Below, piece by piece: positions 33,016 to 44,243 of a stretch of 64,000 nt of DNA. The notes under the pieces were generated by a model, which was given only the letters and a program-made list of their open reading frames with translations, did no database searches and was not told the DNA's origin. Numbering within the stretch: the stretch's first letter is position 1; every line of letters starts with the position of its first letter. Origin of the DNA: Trypanosoma brucei. Lineage: Eukaryota. The stretch lies in the NCBI GenBank assembly GCA_000002445.1, contig CH464491.1, forward strand, positions 128,001 to 192,000, in the 5' to 3' direction. A program made the translations under genes and the position numbers.

Positions 33016-34569
33016 CTACATGAGAGCACAGCTCTTCATCATCTTCATCTTGAGTGCCATGAGGGGTTTACCCTTCACTTCCCGCAACCTCACAACCTCG
33101 GCACGCAGTGCCTCCGAAAACACCTCACCGAAGAATAGGATATCGCGGTCCCGTAGGTCACTCCTGCTCGACAGAGGGGGAACAGTAAGAAGCTCACCTG
33201 TCGTTAGGTTAAAAAGGTTCCAACCCGGCCCTGGACGCGGTCCAGCAACTTCGTCAACAATTTCCCTAATGATATCAAGAGCACGCCCTATCGACAACTC
33301 TTTATTCAACGAAATACAAAAGGGTGCAACTTCACGTGACAACTGGCAATCGGCGACGAACACTGCCACAATGATACTTGCACTTGGAGGCTCTTTTGGG
33401 GCAGCGCGACGCGGGTTCATCCTCGTGTGAGAAAAAATGAACTCGTCGAGCGGTGGGGGGCGTAAAAAAGGCCACGGCGTTCCACCGATGTCGCATTGCT
33501 GGTGAGTGCCAATTCGCACAACCTCTCGGTCACTGACGCTCGATACCTTGACACGGTTGGTACATTCACAATGCGGCAACTGACCCGATTGAGACAATTC
33601 TTGGGACGGAGGGGAAGTGCCCCTTTTAGAAGCTTTTGTACCGAGTGAGCGGAGTCGAATACGTGAGGCAGCTGAGTGTAGACGACTCCCAGGTCGTAGA
33701 CCATCGGAGAGTGCCAAAGAGAGTAGCTGCGTTAACGCGTTCTCAAGGGCCTCCACAGATACAGTTACCTTTCCAACTTGGTCACTCACGCCACGCTCAC
33801 TTTCTTCAGTGGGGTCCCCTCGTTGCTGCACCACGAGAAGAACATCACGATTGGAGAGGTCAGCCTTGGAAGCACTTAATGATAGAGGAATTTGGTCCAC
33901 CACAGCTCGGTCCGAGAAACTAATGTGAAACATCGGCTGCTTCAAAAGGTGGGAGGGAGGCAGTACCAAGCTGACCGTACAACGGTCCAAGAGCTGCCCC
34001 ACCGACATCTCTGCCGCCACCGAAAGGGAAATAACAGCAACCGCTTTAATCGTCCCCCCTGTATCATCTACCTCACACATCAAAGCAGTCACAGGAAGCA
34101 TGGTACCGCGAAACGCTGGTGGCTGGAGGACAAGTGGTCTCCCTGGTGAGTACCTCCCACATATATGTGCGAAAGCCTCCTCGACATCCTTAGGAAAAGG
34201 GGTAGTGTCGTGTCCATTCGTCCCCTGAACTCTCCTCCTCTCGCCATGGTTGTCACTGTGTTCGTGGAACCGATGAATAGCACAAAAATCCCGCTGGCAC
34301 AGGTCACACGGAATAAGTACACACAGTGGGCTGCCACAAATAGCGCACGCGTGCCTCGGCTCGGTTGCACCTTCTTGCACCATACTAGTAACAGGCAACA
34401 CGCGGCCCAAGTAGGCGGCAGCGCATGCCTCCTCGGAACCAGGTATGTTGTGGTTTTTAATGTGCTCGCCACAAAACATGTTTCCGCAGTGGTTGCATTT
34501 CAGTGGTAGAAAGTCGAAATGACCACAAGTGTAACACACAGCGCCATCACCTTCGCATTGTAAGCTCAT
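33016..34569 (-). CDS. Zinc-finger protein with two N-terminal AN1-type zinc fingers (ZFAND1-like)
   Basis: ATG at 34569. Two AN1 consensus arrays: CYTCGHFDFLPLKCNHCGNMFCGEHIKNHN and CAICGSPLCVLIPCDLCQRDFCAIHRFHEHSDNHG. Confidence 0.8.
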   Translation of the reverse strand: MSLQCEGDGAVCYTCGHFDFLPLKCNHCGNMFCGEHIKNHNIPGSEEACAAAYLGRVLPVTSMVQEGATEPRHACAICGSPLCVLIPCDLCQRDFCAIHRFHEHSDNHGERRRVQGTNGHDTTPFPKDVEEAFAHICGRYSPGRPLVLQPPAFRGTMLPVTALMCEVDDTGGTIKAVAVISLSVAAEMSVGQLLDRCTVSLVLPPSHLLKQPMFHISFSDRAVVDQIPLSLSASKADLSNRDVLLVVQQRGDPTEESERGVSDQVGKVTVSVEALENALTQLLSLALSDGLRPGSRLHSAASRIRLRSLGTKASKRGTSPPSQELSQSGQLPHCECTNRVKVSSVSDREVVRIGTHQQCDIGGTPWPFLRPPPLDEFIFSHTRMNPRRAAPKEPPSASIIVAVFVADCQLSREVAPFCISLNKELSIGRALDIIREIVDEVAGPRPGPGWNLFNLTTGELLTVPPLSSRSDLRDRDILFFGEVFSEALRAEVVRLREVKGKPLMALKMKMMKSCALM

Positions 34570-35061
34570 TTTGCATTACTAACTTCTAACAAAAGGGCAA
34601 GTCGTCAGGTCTAAAAAACAAATGGTCAATAAACATAAACAGATAATAGCATTAATACAACAAGGGGTGAGGAATCCAGGCAACACCGCACGACTACAAG
34701 AGGACACGCCGCATCCGGAAGTAGTGGATCCATAAGGTGACGCATCGCCGAGCCAACAAAACAAACACGCATAAAAGATAAACAAGGGTGTGGAAAAAAT
34801 TAGGGCGCACTTTCACTACCTCCCGAGCATGAGTGAACCAAAATTACCATCCATATCCAACCCAGGTGCTCAGTAACCTCTACGCAAGTGCACCATTTGC
34901 AAAAAGTTCCGATGGGTCCCCCTGCGGTTCACCCACCTCCCTATCCGGTCCTTTGCCAATCGCTATTTGAAACGGTAACGTATAGGTGTACATCCGCATC
35001 AAGTCCCTACTGTCCGTATGAAAAGGAACGACATAACCGCGCAGTAAACCAAATCAAGTGA

Positions 35062-35349
35062 CTAATACCACCGCCACCGTTCTAGACGCTTGTATTTATG
35101 AATAAACTCCTTTGTGTACACCTGTGACGCGTAGTAGTTCTTGTCCTGGAAGTGCGAGTAGTGCGGCATGTATGCTGCATGATACAAATACACGATAATC
35201 GCCATTGGGGTAAACCCAATAAAGAAAAACGGCAGAAACGTGTCGGTCATTGTCCATTGATGTGGGGGATTAAACCAACGTCCGGAAAAGGGTGGTGCGA
35301 AGAGGTTTGACGTCGCATGTCCCCGCACGATGAGAGATCGACGCAGCAT
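35062..35349 (-). CDS. Small hypothetical membrane protein (95 aa), possibly mitochondrial
   Basis: ATG at 35349. N-terminus MLRRSLIVRGHATSNLF is presequence-like; one predicted TM helix FLPFFFIGFTPMAIIVYLY; basic C-terminus. Confidence 0.4.
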   Translation of the reverse strand: MLRRSLIVRGHATSNLFAPPFSGRWFNPPHQWTMTDTFLPFFFIGFTPMAIIVYLYHAAYMPHYSHFQDKNYYASQVYTKEFIHKYKRLERWRWY

Positions 35350-35878
35350 AAATAGGAGATACCTAGTCTAACTCAAAATGTTCCCTCCAATGGGAATGCT
35401 CCTACGTTAGTGATCAAGCGGCAAGAACAAGAAAGAAGAGAGATGCATACAACGAGGCAGCCGGAAGAGCAACAGGAATCAAAAGGATTTGTCGCGCGTG
35501 CTTATTCGCGTATCCGCCGGTGCTCATGTGCGCTAAAAAAATTTGACCGAATTAAGACACGCACCAGTGGCTAGAACGAACAAGGAAAAAAGAAAATATC
35601 CTTCGCTGCCTCCGTTGCATAACCTTCTTACCTGAAACGGAGGCACGCCTTGCACCCCAAAAAGTGGGAGAAAGAGACGTACACGCATTCATATTCTTTT
35701 CCATTTTTTTTTTTTTTGCAGACAGTAAGCCATTTCGTACTTTATGGCTGGACTTAAAGGTAAGCATGAACATGGTTTTTCTTTTACCACACGAATCAAG
35801 CATTAGGAGCATGTACTAGGCTAAACAAGCAGTGAAAGGGGGGGAGAAGAAAAGCAAAATTGAAGGTCTTGGCGTGCT

Positions 35879-37396
35879 CTACTGACCTAACCGGCGACCG
35901 GCCATTATACCGTCCAGTGAAGTGGACGAAGGTTGTGGAAAGCCACTGTTCTGACCAGCGAACTGTGCGATTTGTTGTTCCATCGTATTCAGTTGGGTCA
36001 CGCCGGTGCCCATATTGTCGAAAGGTGCATAACCCTGGGGAGCGCCCATTCCCATGCCCACAGCAGAGTGTGGAGCGCCACTGGACCACATGCCCGACTG
36101 TGCGGTCGGCATCGCTTGCGACAAAGGTGGTGATTGAGTCTGTTGAGCTGTTGGCGGCATATTGTACCATCCTCCACCGGAAGGGACACCGGCCGGTTGT
36201 TGCAAGGGTGCGGCTAAAGGCTGAGAATTAGCGTACGGGAATTGAGTCTGTGACGGCTGCTGGGGCCACTGCTGCTGTTGTTGCTGGGGCCACTGCTGCT
36301 GTTGTTGGGGCCACTGCTGCTGTTGTTGGGGCCACTGCTGGTGAGTTTGCAGCTGCTGGGCATTGTTGCTTGTAAAACCTCCAAATGGATCTACCGAGGC
36401 TGCCTGCTGTTGGGCAGGCATAGAGAACGCGCTAGGAGGCGCTGTGGCAGTTACTGGTACCGCGGGAGCTGACGCAAAAAGGTCATCCAGCATGTCGTGC
36501 CTAGGCTCTGCCTTTGGATGGGCCTCAACTGCATTGGAAGAAATATTATCTTCTGGTGGCGCCGTTGCCTTGATTTCAGAGGGCGCTGCACCCACGCCAC
36601 CAAACGCCCGACGTCTTTCCTCCTCCTCAAGTCGCTTCGCTAGCTCCATGTCGGCTTTTTCGGATGCCTCTTTTGCCGCGTTGCTGCGCCTTTCGAGTCC
36701 AAGCATACGCTGTGCCTCAGAAACAGTTATGCCGGCGCGGCGCTCCTCCTCACATTGCATGCGGGCGGCGAGCTCTCTATCCTCCTGTTCTTGCTGTTCC
36801 CGTGAAATTGTATAACTTGTAGTGGAGGCATGCTGAAATGTGTTTGAAGGTTGTGTGGCATTCGAACCCCCTTGGAATTGCGAAGAACCAAATCCACCAT
36901 ACATGTTGCTGCCAATGGACTCACCACTCAATTTGGCCCGTGTTGCTGCAGCTTTGTAACGCTCATCGCGCAACGTGGCAGGATCGCTGAGAAGGTCGAA
37001 GAGCTTCTTGGCACGCTCCCTCACAGAAAGACCGTGGTCCGCTCCTTGCTTTCCCGTATAGTAAAATGTCTGGGAGATGTGCTGCAAAGTGGGGAGTATC
37101 GAGCAAAGGGGAGGGAGTCCAACCTCAGGAACATTTCGCGCCAGGTGATCCAGAAGTAGAAGAGCTTTGTAGCAGGGTCTCCAAGACTTGTCGCGATTCT
37201 TCAAACGAAGCTTGATCTCCTCCATAATTTTTACAGTACCAGCTTGGAAGACACGACAAACATTGTCCATTTGCTCACCAGTCGGACCCCAAGGGTCCTC
37301 ATTTGTCGCTTCATGAACAAGTCGTGCATATTCGTTACCGCTGGTTTTCATACGAAGCATCTCTTTTGCCGCGTGGAGAGAAGTCGGAAATGACAT
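35879..37396 (-). CDS. ENTH-domain protein (epsinR-like clathrin adaptor) with Gln/Trp-Pro repeat region
   Basis: N-terminal ENTH: MSFPTSLHAAKEMLRMKTSGNEYARLVHEATNEDPWGPTGEQM...YKALLLLDHL. The C-terminal low-complexity part carries (QQQQQWPQ)n repeats. The track start at 37429 is TTG; the first ATG is at 37396 (cat 37394-37396). Confidence 0.85.
   Translation of the reverse strand: MSFPTSLHAAKEMLRMKTSGNEYARLVHEATNEDPWGPTGEQMDNVCRVFQAGTVKIMEEIKLRLKNRDKSWRPCYKALLLLDHLARNVPEVGLPPLCSILPTLQHISQTFYYTGKQGADHGLSVRERAKKLFDLLSDPATLRDERYKAAATRAKLSGESIGSNMYGGFGSSQFQGGSNATQPSNTFQHASTTSYTISREQQEQEDRELAARMQCEEERRAGITVSEAQRMLGLERRSNAAKEASEKADMELAKRLEEEERRRAFGGVGAAPSEIKATAPPEDNISSNAVEAHPKAEPRHDMLDDLFASAPAVPVTATAPPSAFSMPAQQQAASVDPFGGFTSNNAQQLQTHQQWPQQQQQWPQQQQQWPQQQQQQWPQQPSQTQFPYANSQPLAAPLQQPAGVPSGGGWYNMPPTAQQTQSPPLSQAMPTAQSGMWSSGAPHSAVGMGMGAPQGYAPFDNMGTGVTQLNTMEQQIAQFAGQNSGFPQPSSTSLDGIMAGRRLGQ
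36274..36350 (-). repeat. 24-bp tandem repeat (about 3.3 copies) inside the ENTH-protein CDS, encoding (QQQQQWPQ)n
   Basis: ggggccactgctgctgttgttg(ct) repeated head-to-tail on the plus strand. Confidence 0.9.
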
Positions 37397-37709
37397 TAAC
37401 AACTGTGCACACTTTAAAGAAGATCGCAACTACTGGTGTTCGCTTTCACTAGCAAAGAAAGTAATGAAGAACTACCCTAGACTGTACGTGAAGCGGAAGC
37501 AGGGACAAAGAAAAAGGAAAAGAGGAGTAAACTAGCACATCTTTCCGTACTACCCGGTGTGCTCAACGGAACAGGGTGTGAGTGGGCACCCCACAAGAGT
37601 GCCAAGAATAAACACTGGCGGTTTAGGATCAACAAAGTAAAAGAGAAAAAGAACAAACAAGTGGGTCAGGTAACCTTAGTTGAAGACTCAATCCTCCCCT
37701 CTGCCCAGC

Positions 37710-38189
37710 TCAATATGGAATCATTGCCTCGTAGTCTGCCGTGCGGCGCGCCAGCACCTCCACTTTCTTGGGGCAAACAAATCCGCCGTTGCGGGTGCTC
37801 ACCTTTTTGGGTGGAAGTGGGGTTCCCGCCTTCTTAGCAGCCCGAAATGCTTCAAGGTCCTTTAGCTTCTGCTTGAATGCCTCCTGGCAGCGAGACTTAC
37901 GCACGTGCTCAAAACGCACGCAGATGCGCTTGCGAACTGTACGGTTCCTCACCGGTTTATTGATGATAACACCAACACCACGCGGCGTTACGTTCCATAC
38001 AATGCCGGTTCGGCCGTGGTAATACTTGTGGGGCATCCCAGCACGTACAGCAGCGTCCGCAACAACGTCAACGTAGTCACCGACCTTGAAGTTGGTCAAT
38101 ATCGTGCTGACGGAAGGAACCCCGTGCTTGCGGAATTTTTTGGCAAAGAGGTGGCGGGTGCCACATTTGTACCCGTGGGAGTGAACCAT
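37710..38189 (-). CDS. RPL21: 60S ribosomal protein L21e
   Basis: MVHSHGYKCGTRHLFAKKFRKHG...GDYVDVVADAAV...HGRTG is diagnostic of L21e; 159 aa. The track start is TTG; ATG is at 38189. Confidence 0.92.
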   Translation of the reverse strand: MVHSHGYKCGTRHLFAKKFRKHGVPSVSTILTNFKVGDYVDVVADAAVRAGMPHKYYHGRTGIVWNVTPRGVGVIINKPVRNRTVRKRICVRFEHVRKSRCQEAFKQKLKDLEAFRAAKKAGTPLPPKKVSTRNGGFVCPKKVEVLARRTADYEAMIPY

Positions 38190-38591
38190 CTCCAACTAGA
38201 GCTAGGGATAACAAGAGAAAGGTATGAAAAACATGATCAATGAAAAAAAAATGAGCAAAAGACACTCAGTAAAACCAGCCACGAATCCAATGACCTCGGT
38301 GTACGTCACCCAACTCCACCACTATCGGGGATAGCAGGACGTCTTCTGAAAACACACGCCAGCAAAAACACTCGAAGCATGTACATACGCCACGGAAACG
38401 TACAACAGGTATTCCCAGATACGACCGCCTAGTTCGAAACGGGCATGAATGGACTGCGAAAGAACGCAGCATTAGGCGAGCTGGTTGGTGGCGGCACGGG
38501 ACACGAACGCATGTTGGGAGCGTCACAATAGGCAAGGATGTACAGGTGTGAAATCAACTGGTTTGCTGGGAAAAACATGCTACACACAAGG

Positions 38592-40724
38592 TCAAACAAC
38601 AGAAGGGAAGAAAAAAAAATCGGACGCACCCTCAGAGTTCTTTCCCTCCCCTACGTTGGAACGTTTACCCACCACACCTGAAAGGCACAGCGTATCCAGG
38701 CACCTTCCGATGCAGATGTAAGCACTGGCAACCTCCACTCGTCCCTCCCACTCCCTGATATCAGCCAGTAAATGATTGGATTTTACGCTGACGCTCACGG
38801 GCCACGATGCCTCAAATGCACTAAACAGGGGAGGGGTGGGAATGGTAACTCTGTAAAGGGGACCAAAATGTGGCTCTTGGTGTCCCGGCACAACGGTCAC
38901 GCAGCAACCACGCACACTTTGATCCACCGATCCCCATTCTACATTTTGGAAGCGCTCTTGCGAGGCACCCAAATGTGCAATTGCATCATCCGCTGTCAGC
39001 CCTCCCGATTTCCTAAGGACACATTCCATGTAAGAATTAATTGCATCTCTTACTGCTTTAATAACAGCTATCTTAAAGGTGCCAAAAGAGGATCCATCAT
39101 CTTCGAAATTATCAGTGAGGTAGCTCAGGTAACTCACAGCAAGCCCCTCCGACGTACCACCCGCCGGGATCATAGCATTATGCGGAGTTGGTGCACAAAG
39201 TACATTAATCAAGTGATGCAGCTGCCGCTGAAAAAGGCACTCGACGAGCGCCGATTCGACCACGCAACGACCACCAAGAAAAACACTAATGATGTTGCGC
39301 ATCACTCTGCTGTCATTTCCGGACGCTTCTGTATATAAGGGGGCCAAGGACAAGAGAAATGATTGTGGTTCCACTCCACCACAGCGACGTCGGAGCCCGT
39401 CGCTGCTGCTAGAAAGTGCACACATCTTGAGCCGGCATTTGACAGGAGATAGTTTAAGGGACTCTAACGTCCTTGGGAGCGTACGAAATGTCAAGGCCAG
39501 TTGAGTCATAGTCGCACGACCAACGGCAGCCGCAACCAACACTGTTCTGCTGCAGTTTCCCAATGTTTCCATGTAGTACAACACCTCCCCACAGACCTTC
39601 CCCTCCACAGCAATGACCAGCAACTTCTCCTCCGCGCCTCTCACAACAGAAAGAAGATGCCGGATGCCAAGGTTATTTTCTCCCTCGTAAACAGTGGGGA
39701 AGCGAGAAACCAAAAGCAAAGCACCATCGTGCCGGTCTTCGCGCAGCAAAGTCCCTAAGGCATTGAACGGAGACAACGAGCAAGTCCCCAAGGTTGAATC
39801 TCGACCTGCACCACCGGCATGCAAAGTTGTGACGAACGCAACACCCGAAATAACGCATCCCACCCTTCCATGAGGCACACGTCTGTTACCAGCATCGTCC
39901 GACACCCTCCAAAGAAGACGGTCCACTAGGCCATGAAGGGATGTCACAACATCCTTCCCGGGTTCGCCGGCTCTCCGACTGGACAGCATAAGATGCGGGT
40001 AAACACGCACGAAACACTCAGCTGCCAGTGCAGCTACCTCAAAGCCACATGAAAAAGAGTCATACGCATAGGTTCGCCGAAGATATTCACGCAGCAAGAG
40101 ACTAGAGAGAAATCCAAACGGCGTGTCACAACCCCCGGAACTTTCCACTTCCACCAAGCCAGCGGACGACGCGACTTCAGCCAGCAGATCCTGTGGATCC
40201 ACGGGGTGGACGATGACGGAAAGCTTTTTAATAAAGTCTCCCAGAAGGTTTCGACACCAATGGGACTCGCGAACCTCAGTCGGGTTCACATTCCGCGTCC
40301 ACGGCAAATCATCACCCCAGCTCACGGAGGAGAAACTGTCCAGGAGTGAAGCACCCCGGGGAAGGAGAGGAACCCCACGCACTAGGGTGTGGAAAGCATG
40401 CAGCACGACATAGGCCACAAAGTCCACGCGACACATTACACCGATTGAAGCCTGATGCACCTCACAGTTCTTAATTATCACCTCACAAAGATACTTCTTC
40501 TCATCATAAAGGTATGGAAAAAGTTGTTGCAGAAGTTGCAAACCGCCCAACGCAACGCTACACTGCCCACTTTGCGGTGCTTCAACGAACTTGGCAACCG
40601 AATCACCGGGGTGGACTACATACGCCGAAACATGTTGCAGAAGCTCGTATACAGCGGCCTCCATCGCGGCAGCCGTCCAACAAACGCCTAGAGCGCGCAC
40701 TACTACCTTCTCCCCTTCTGCCAT
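38592..40724 (-). CDS. Conserved hypothetical protein (~710 aa), faint chaperonin-like resemblance
   Basis: Long ORF. The track start is TTG; the first ATG is at 40724 (MAEGEKVVV). No firm motif. Confidence 0.6.
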   Translation of the reverse strand: MAEGEKVVVRALGVCWTAAAMEAAVYELLQHVSAYVVHPGDSVAKFVEAPQSGQCSVALGGLQLLQQLFPYLYDEKKYLCEVIIKNCEVHQASIGVMCRVDFVAYVVLHAFHTLVRGVPLLPRGASLLDSFSSVSWGDDLPWTRNVNPTEVRESHWCRNLLGDFIKKLSVIVHPVDPQDLLAEVASSAGLVEVESSGGCDTPFGFLSSLLLREYLRRTYAYDSFSCGFEVAALAAECFVRVYPHLMLSSRRAGEPGKDVVTSLHGLVDRLLWRVSDDAGNRRVPHGRVGCVISGVAFVTTLHAGGAGRDSTLGTCSLSPFNALGTLLREDRHDGALLLVSRFPTVYEGENNLGIRHLLSVVRGAEEKLLVIAVEGKVCGEVLYYMETLGNCSRTVLVAAAVGRATMTQLALTFRTLPRTLESLKLSPVKCRLKMCALSSSSDGLRRRCGGVEPQSFLLSLAPLYTEASGNDSRVMRNIISVFLGGRCVVESALVECLFQRQLHHLINVLCAPTPHNAMIPAGGTSEGLAVSYLSYLTDNFEDDGSSFGTFKIAVIKAVRDAINSYMECVLRKSGGLTADDAIAHLGASQERFQNVEWGSVDQSVRGCCVTVVPGHQEPHFGPLYRVTIPTPPLFSAFEASWPVSVSVKSNHLLADIREWEGRVEVASAYICIGRCLDTLCLSGVVGKRSNVGEGKNSEGASDFFFFPSVV

Positions 40725-40829
40725 CGAAGTTGACAAAGAAGAGAGTTGCGTAATCTTGTTTAGACGATCGATAACACTCCAAAACAACTCAACGCAAGTA
40801 AAACCGTCAATCTGACCACCATCACCGCT

Positions 40830-41897
40830 TCACTTAGCACCCTTAAACGGCGCCTCGAGAGAGGATACTCCGTAGCGTACCAGGTTCGCCATCAGCTCAG
40901 AAGAAACAAAGGCACAGACTTTCTTATCGCCGCTCGGAAAAAAGGACGGCTCACTACCTTTGGAGTCGTGGTCAAGGGCAGTTTCGTCGAAGGCGACCCC
41001 CACAGGATCACAATGACCAACACTGGATGAGGTCATGGACTCGCGTGCATGCCAAAGATTTAGCATTTCCGGCCCGGACGGGGCAGTGCAAATGTCAAAG
41101 GGTGTTATATTACTTCGTTTCCCTGGGGGATAATTACATACAGGGGGTCTACGAGTATTTTCATTTGAGGCGTGCTCTAAGATAATTCCCTGCACTCTTT
41201 GATTCAGAAGCGTCCACGGTTTTACCCACCGTGACAACATTGGAGGGCCTTTTGGCCTAGACTGTTTGTATCTTTGTTTCGGTTCGTCTCCATCAACGCC
41301 AAAAACCCGACCCGTTGCAGCCACGCCAGATTTATCATCGGTCGGTGCTCGGCCCATCTTACCGGCCACAGGCCGTGTGCGTTGTTTCTTACGCGCCACA
41401 CTTTGCACATGTCTTTCATCATTCATGCCGCTCTTTAAACGCTTCGGCGTTACTTCCGAACTTTCCTGTCCCGCGAATTTCGCCATCGCGGAACGTCCGA
41501 TGTGCTCAAGGTATTGGGCACCTACGTTCGTGTTACGCGATACTACATAACCGATAATCTCTCTCATAAAGATAGCTGGAGAAATTCCATCAAAGTCGTC
41601 CTGGTCATTCACCGCAGCGTTTGCACAGTTCTCCTGCACTCGTAAATCATCAACGGCATCCTCTAGGTCCGGTAGTCCCATCAAGGCTACGCCGCAGAAC
41701 TCAGCGAACTCCATGTTAAATCGCTTCTGAGAGTCAGTCCCCTTTACAAGACTTTGTGCTGATTTCACCACACCCTCAAGCAGTGAATTAATAGACACCA
41801 ATCTGGGGTCCGTCGATCCTTGCAGGGCCCTAACAAGGCGGCAGGTGTCCCCTAAGCTCTTCACAGTAGAGGTGCCATATTCAACTTTATCCCCCAT
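40830..41897 (-). CDS. Hypothetical protein (355 aa)
   Basis: ATG at 41897 (MGDKVEYG) with coding-like composition; no domain recognised. Confidence 0.6.
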   Translation of the reverse strand: MGDKVEYGTSTVKSLGDTCRLVRALQGSTDPRLVSINSLLEGVVKSAQSLVKGTDSQKRFNMEFAEFCGVALMGLPDLEDAVDDLRVQENCANAAVNDQDDFDGISPAIFMREIIGYVVSRNTNVGAQYLEHIGRSAMAKFAGQESSEVTPKRLKSGMNDERHVQSVARKKQRTRPVAGKMGRAPTDDKSGVAATGRVFGVDGDEPKQRYKQSRPKGPPMLSRWVKPWTLLNQRVQGIILEHASNENTRRPPVCNYPPGKRSNITPFDICTAPSGPEMLNLWHARESMTSSSVGHCDPVGVAFDETALDHDSKGSEPSFFPSGDKKVCAFVSSELMANLVRYGVSSLEAPFKGAK

Positions 41898-43037
41898 TGC
41901 AGTATGTCACAAAACGGTTTTGGACAAATACACCGTTTTATAACCTCCAGTGAAAATTTGTTAGGGCCGGTTGGCGCAATGCCCTCGATCCTGTACGATG
42001 CGGTGACTACCTTGGTGTTTGTTAACACGGTGAAAAGCTGCGAACAAAAAGTAGACAAAGCAAGCAAAAAATAAATGGAAAACAACAAACACCGAAAACG
42101 AGGCAATGATATGTTGAAAAGTGATATTCCCCCATGGAAAACAAAAAGAAGTCGACGAGTCACTGCAAACCCCCCTGTAGTTGCCGTTCCACACCAACAC
42201 GAACGCGCGCAGCCGTAAAATCGCGACATCGGCCTAACAGCGAGAATCACACGAATAATTGCGACACTTCATCATTGCATCCAAACCCAAATTGGCTCGC
42301 TGCACAACAATTTCAAATCACCACCAACAACATATCGTACAAGTTATCCCCACAGCACAGCAGCTGTAAGGTAAAGCTAAACTGCCAAAACATATGTGCA
42401 CGAGAATGTAAAAGGATATTGTCCGAACGAACTAGGGTTCGCCAACATGGCTTCGTATAACTTCCAAGAACTACCCATCAATTCATCATCAACACCAGTC
42501 ACAAAAATCTCATAAGCGAAAATATTTATATACATATATCAAATGCTAACACTAAAAACAAGACATAAATCATCTCCTTTAATTAAGAGGTGGACCAAAT
42601 AAATAAATAGAAAAGCAAATCCTACTTCGCACTCCCCACTAACCACCCACATACTTCACAGCAACACCTATTGTTAACAGTATCTGGGTCGTTCGATCAA
42701 AAAAAAAACGCAAGAAAAAAAAATGACTTTCCACCTTAAGGACAATACGAATTACCCAATATCAATGAAGAAGTCAATAATAACAAAACGAGGAGGTTAA
42801 CAAAAAGCGCACAAACAACACAGTACTAATATTCCAAGAGGTCACAAGTTTTCGCAAGCGTGCATGATTACGGTAGCAAAGTCGGGTAATATCACAACCA
42901 CTGGGGAGGCCATCCGGTCAAAGTGACTTCGTATTAGCGCCCATCAGCATCACTCAGCAGTTTATCTGGTGACTGCAGGAATAATTAATCTCACGACCTA
43001 GGGAATGGGAAAATCTTAATTTGGCACTAACCACGCC

Positions 43038-44243
43038 CTACACACCAATTACATTATCAATATGACTACGGGCCTCGCGCTGCGCCATGATATCCAGACG
43101 GTAAAATTTCCACTGCACCACCATACAGTAGAAAAAATATGCTGTTTCAAAGCACCACAAAGAAATAACCACTCCAAGGGGTATGAGAAGGTAATTGGAT
43201 TTGCCTTCATACACCTCCATAGCAAGAATCGCGCCACAGGCACCCGTATCTGGCAGTCCAACCAGCATGAATATGGCAAACGCCAGTGCCACCAATAACC
43301 CGCACAAGCTAACCAGATGCCTCGTAGCAAGCCCAGTGATACACGCCTTGTAAATGGGCCAGTGCCATACAAAGAAACTTAGAGGCACACCCAACAAGTA
43401 GGCAATCGACAGAGCAGTTGCCTGTGCCTTGTTCGAGGCCTTTGGGCCCTCAAATTCATTTTCATACGGAGAAAACGCAACTGTGATAGCCACGGACGCG
43501 TTGGCAACAAGCAACACACAGTTCACCATCCAGATCACATAGTTGAACTTCACGTATTTCCTTCTTGGTTCGGGAACCATCCCTATGGTGTGATTAACAA
43601 GGGGTTTGATACACAAAAACTTGGGTGGAAAGTTTGCCTCCAGGTTCGCCCCCTCTGTTGCTTTTAACTGATACTCTACCTGGCGTTGTAGGATATTTAA
43701 CCGCTCTTCTTCTGCCATAGCATTTTTCCACCTCTCAACCAACAGCGCATGTTCTTTCCCATCAACGGTCATACCATTTGTGTTAGTATTGCTCCTTCCC
43801 GTAATCTCCTTCACAATATCGGTTTTGCTCACTTCGGGAAGCTGGGCCGCCACTCCACCGGCGGTCACGTTCAAACCATCGCCGTCACCACCGGACACGC
43901 CCTGGTTCGAGGCGACGGCCGACGGGGGTGGATGCGACGGTATCTCTGTTGTGCTCAAGGCAGACCCCTCAGGGTAAAATGATGACGAATGTGCGTCACG
44001 ATACCTCGAGGCTGCGGGCACATCTTCACTTCGCCTACTTCTATGAAGAGACTCGTCGCTTTCAGAAAATACGTTCATTTCCTCCATATTTGTCGGGGTG
44101 TCATGCGAACCCCGAGCTTCTTGCCGTTGGGATTGGTGCGTTCGCGAATCATGATTGCCTGAAGGTGCCTGATCATCCGCATTGCTAGGTCCAAAATTGT
44201 ACTCTTCACGGATTTCATTAGCACCAAATCCCCGACCAAACAT
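43038..44243 (-). CDS. Secretory carrier membrane protein (SCAMP)-like four-TM protein
   Basis: Acidic N-terminal cytoplasmic region followed by four TM helices. Segment WHWPIYKACITG between TM2 and TM3 resembles the SCAMP E-peptide CWYRPIYKAFR. The track start is TTG; the first ATG is at 44243. Confidence 0.6.
   Translation of the reverse strand: MFGRGFGANEIREEYNFGPSNADDQAPSGNHDSRTHQSQRQEARGSHDTPTNMEEMNVFSESDESLHRSRRSEDVPAASRYRDAHSSSFYPEGSALSTTEIPSHPPPSAVASNQGVSGGDGDGLNVTAGGVAAQLPEVSKTDIVKEITGRSNTNTNGMTVDGKEHALLVERWKNAMAEEERLNILQRQVEYQLKATEGANLEANFPPKFLCIKPLVNHTIGMVPEPRRKYVKFNYVIWMVNCVLLVANASVAITVAFSPYENEFEGPKASNKAQATALSIAYLLGVPLSFFVWHWPIYKACITGLATRHLVSLCGLLVALAFAIFMLVGLPDTGACGAILAMEVYEGKSNYLLIPLGVVISLWCFETAYFFYCMVVQWKFYRLDIMAQREARSHIDNVIGV

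Noticed and set aside
37429-37429. ORF-track start positions at 37429, 9535, 30860, 38195, 40787, 44273, 47042, 6541 and 2059
   Set aside because: Checked in the sequence: these starts are TTG or GTG codons, not ATG. Trypanosome nuclear genes initiate at ATG, so the CDS were trimmed to the first in-frame ATG.
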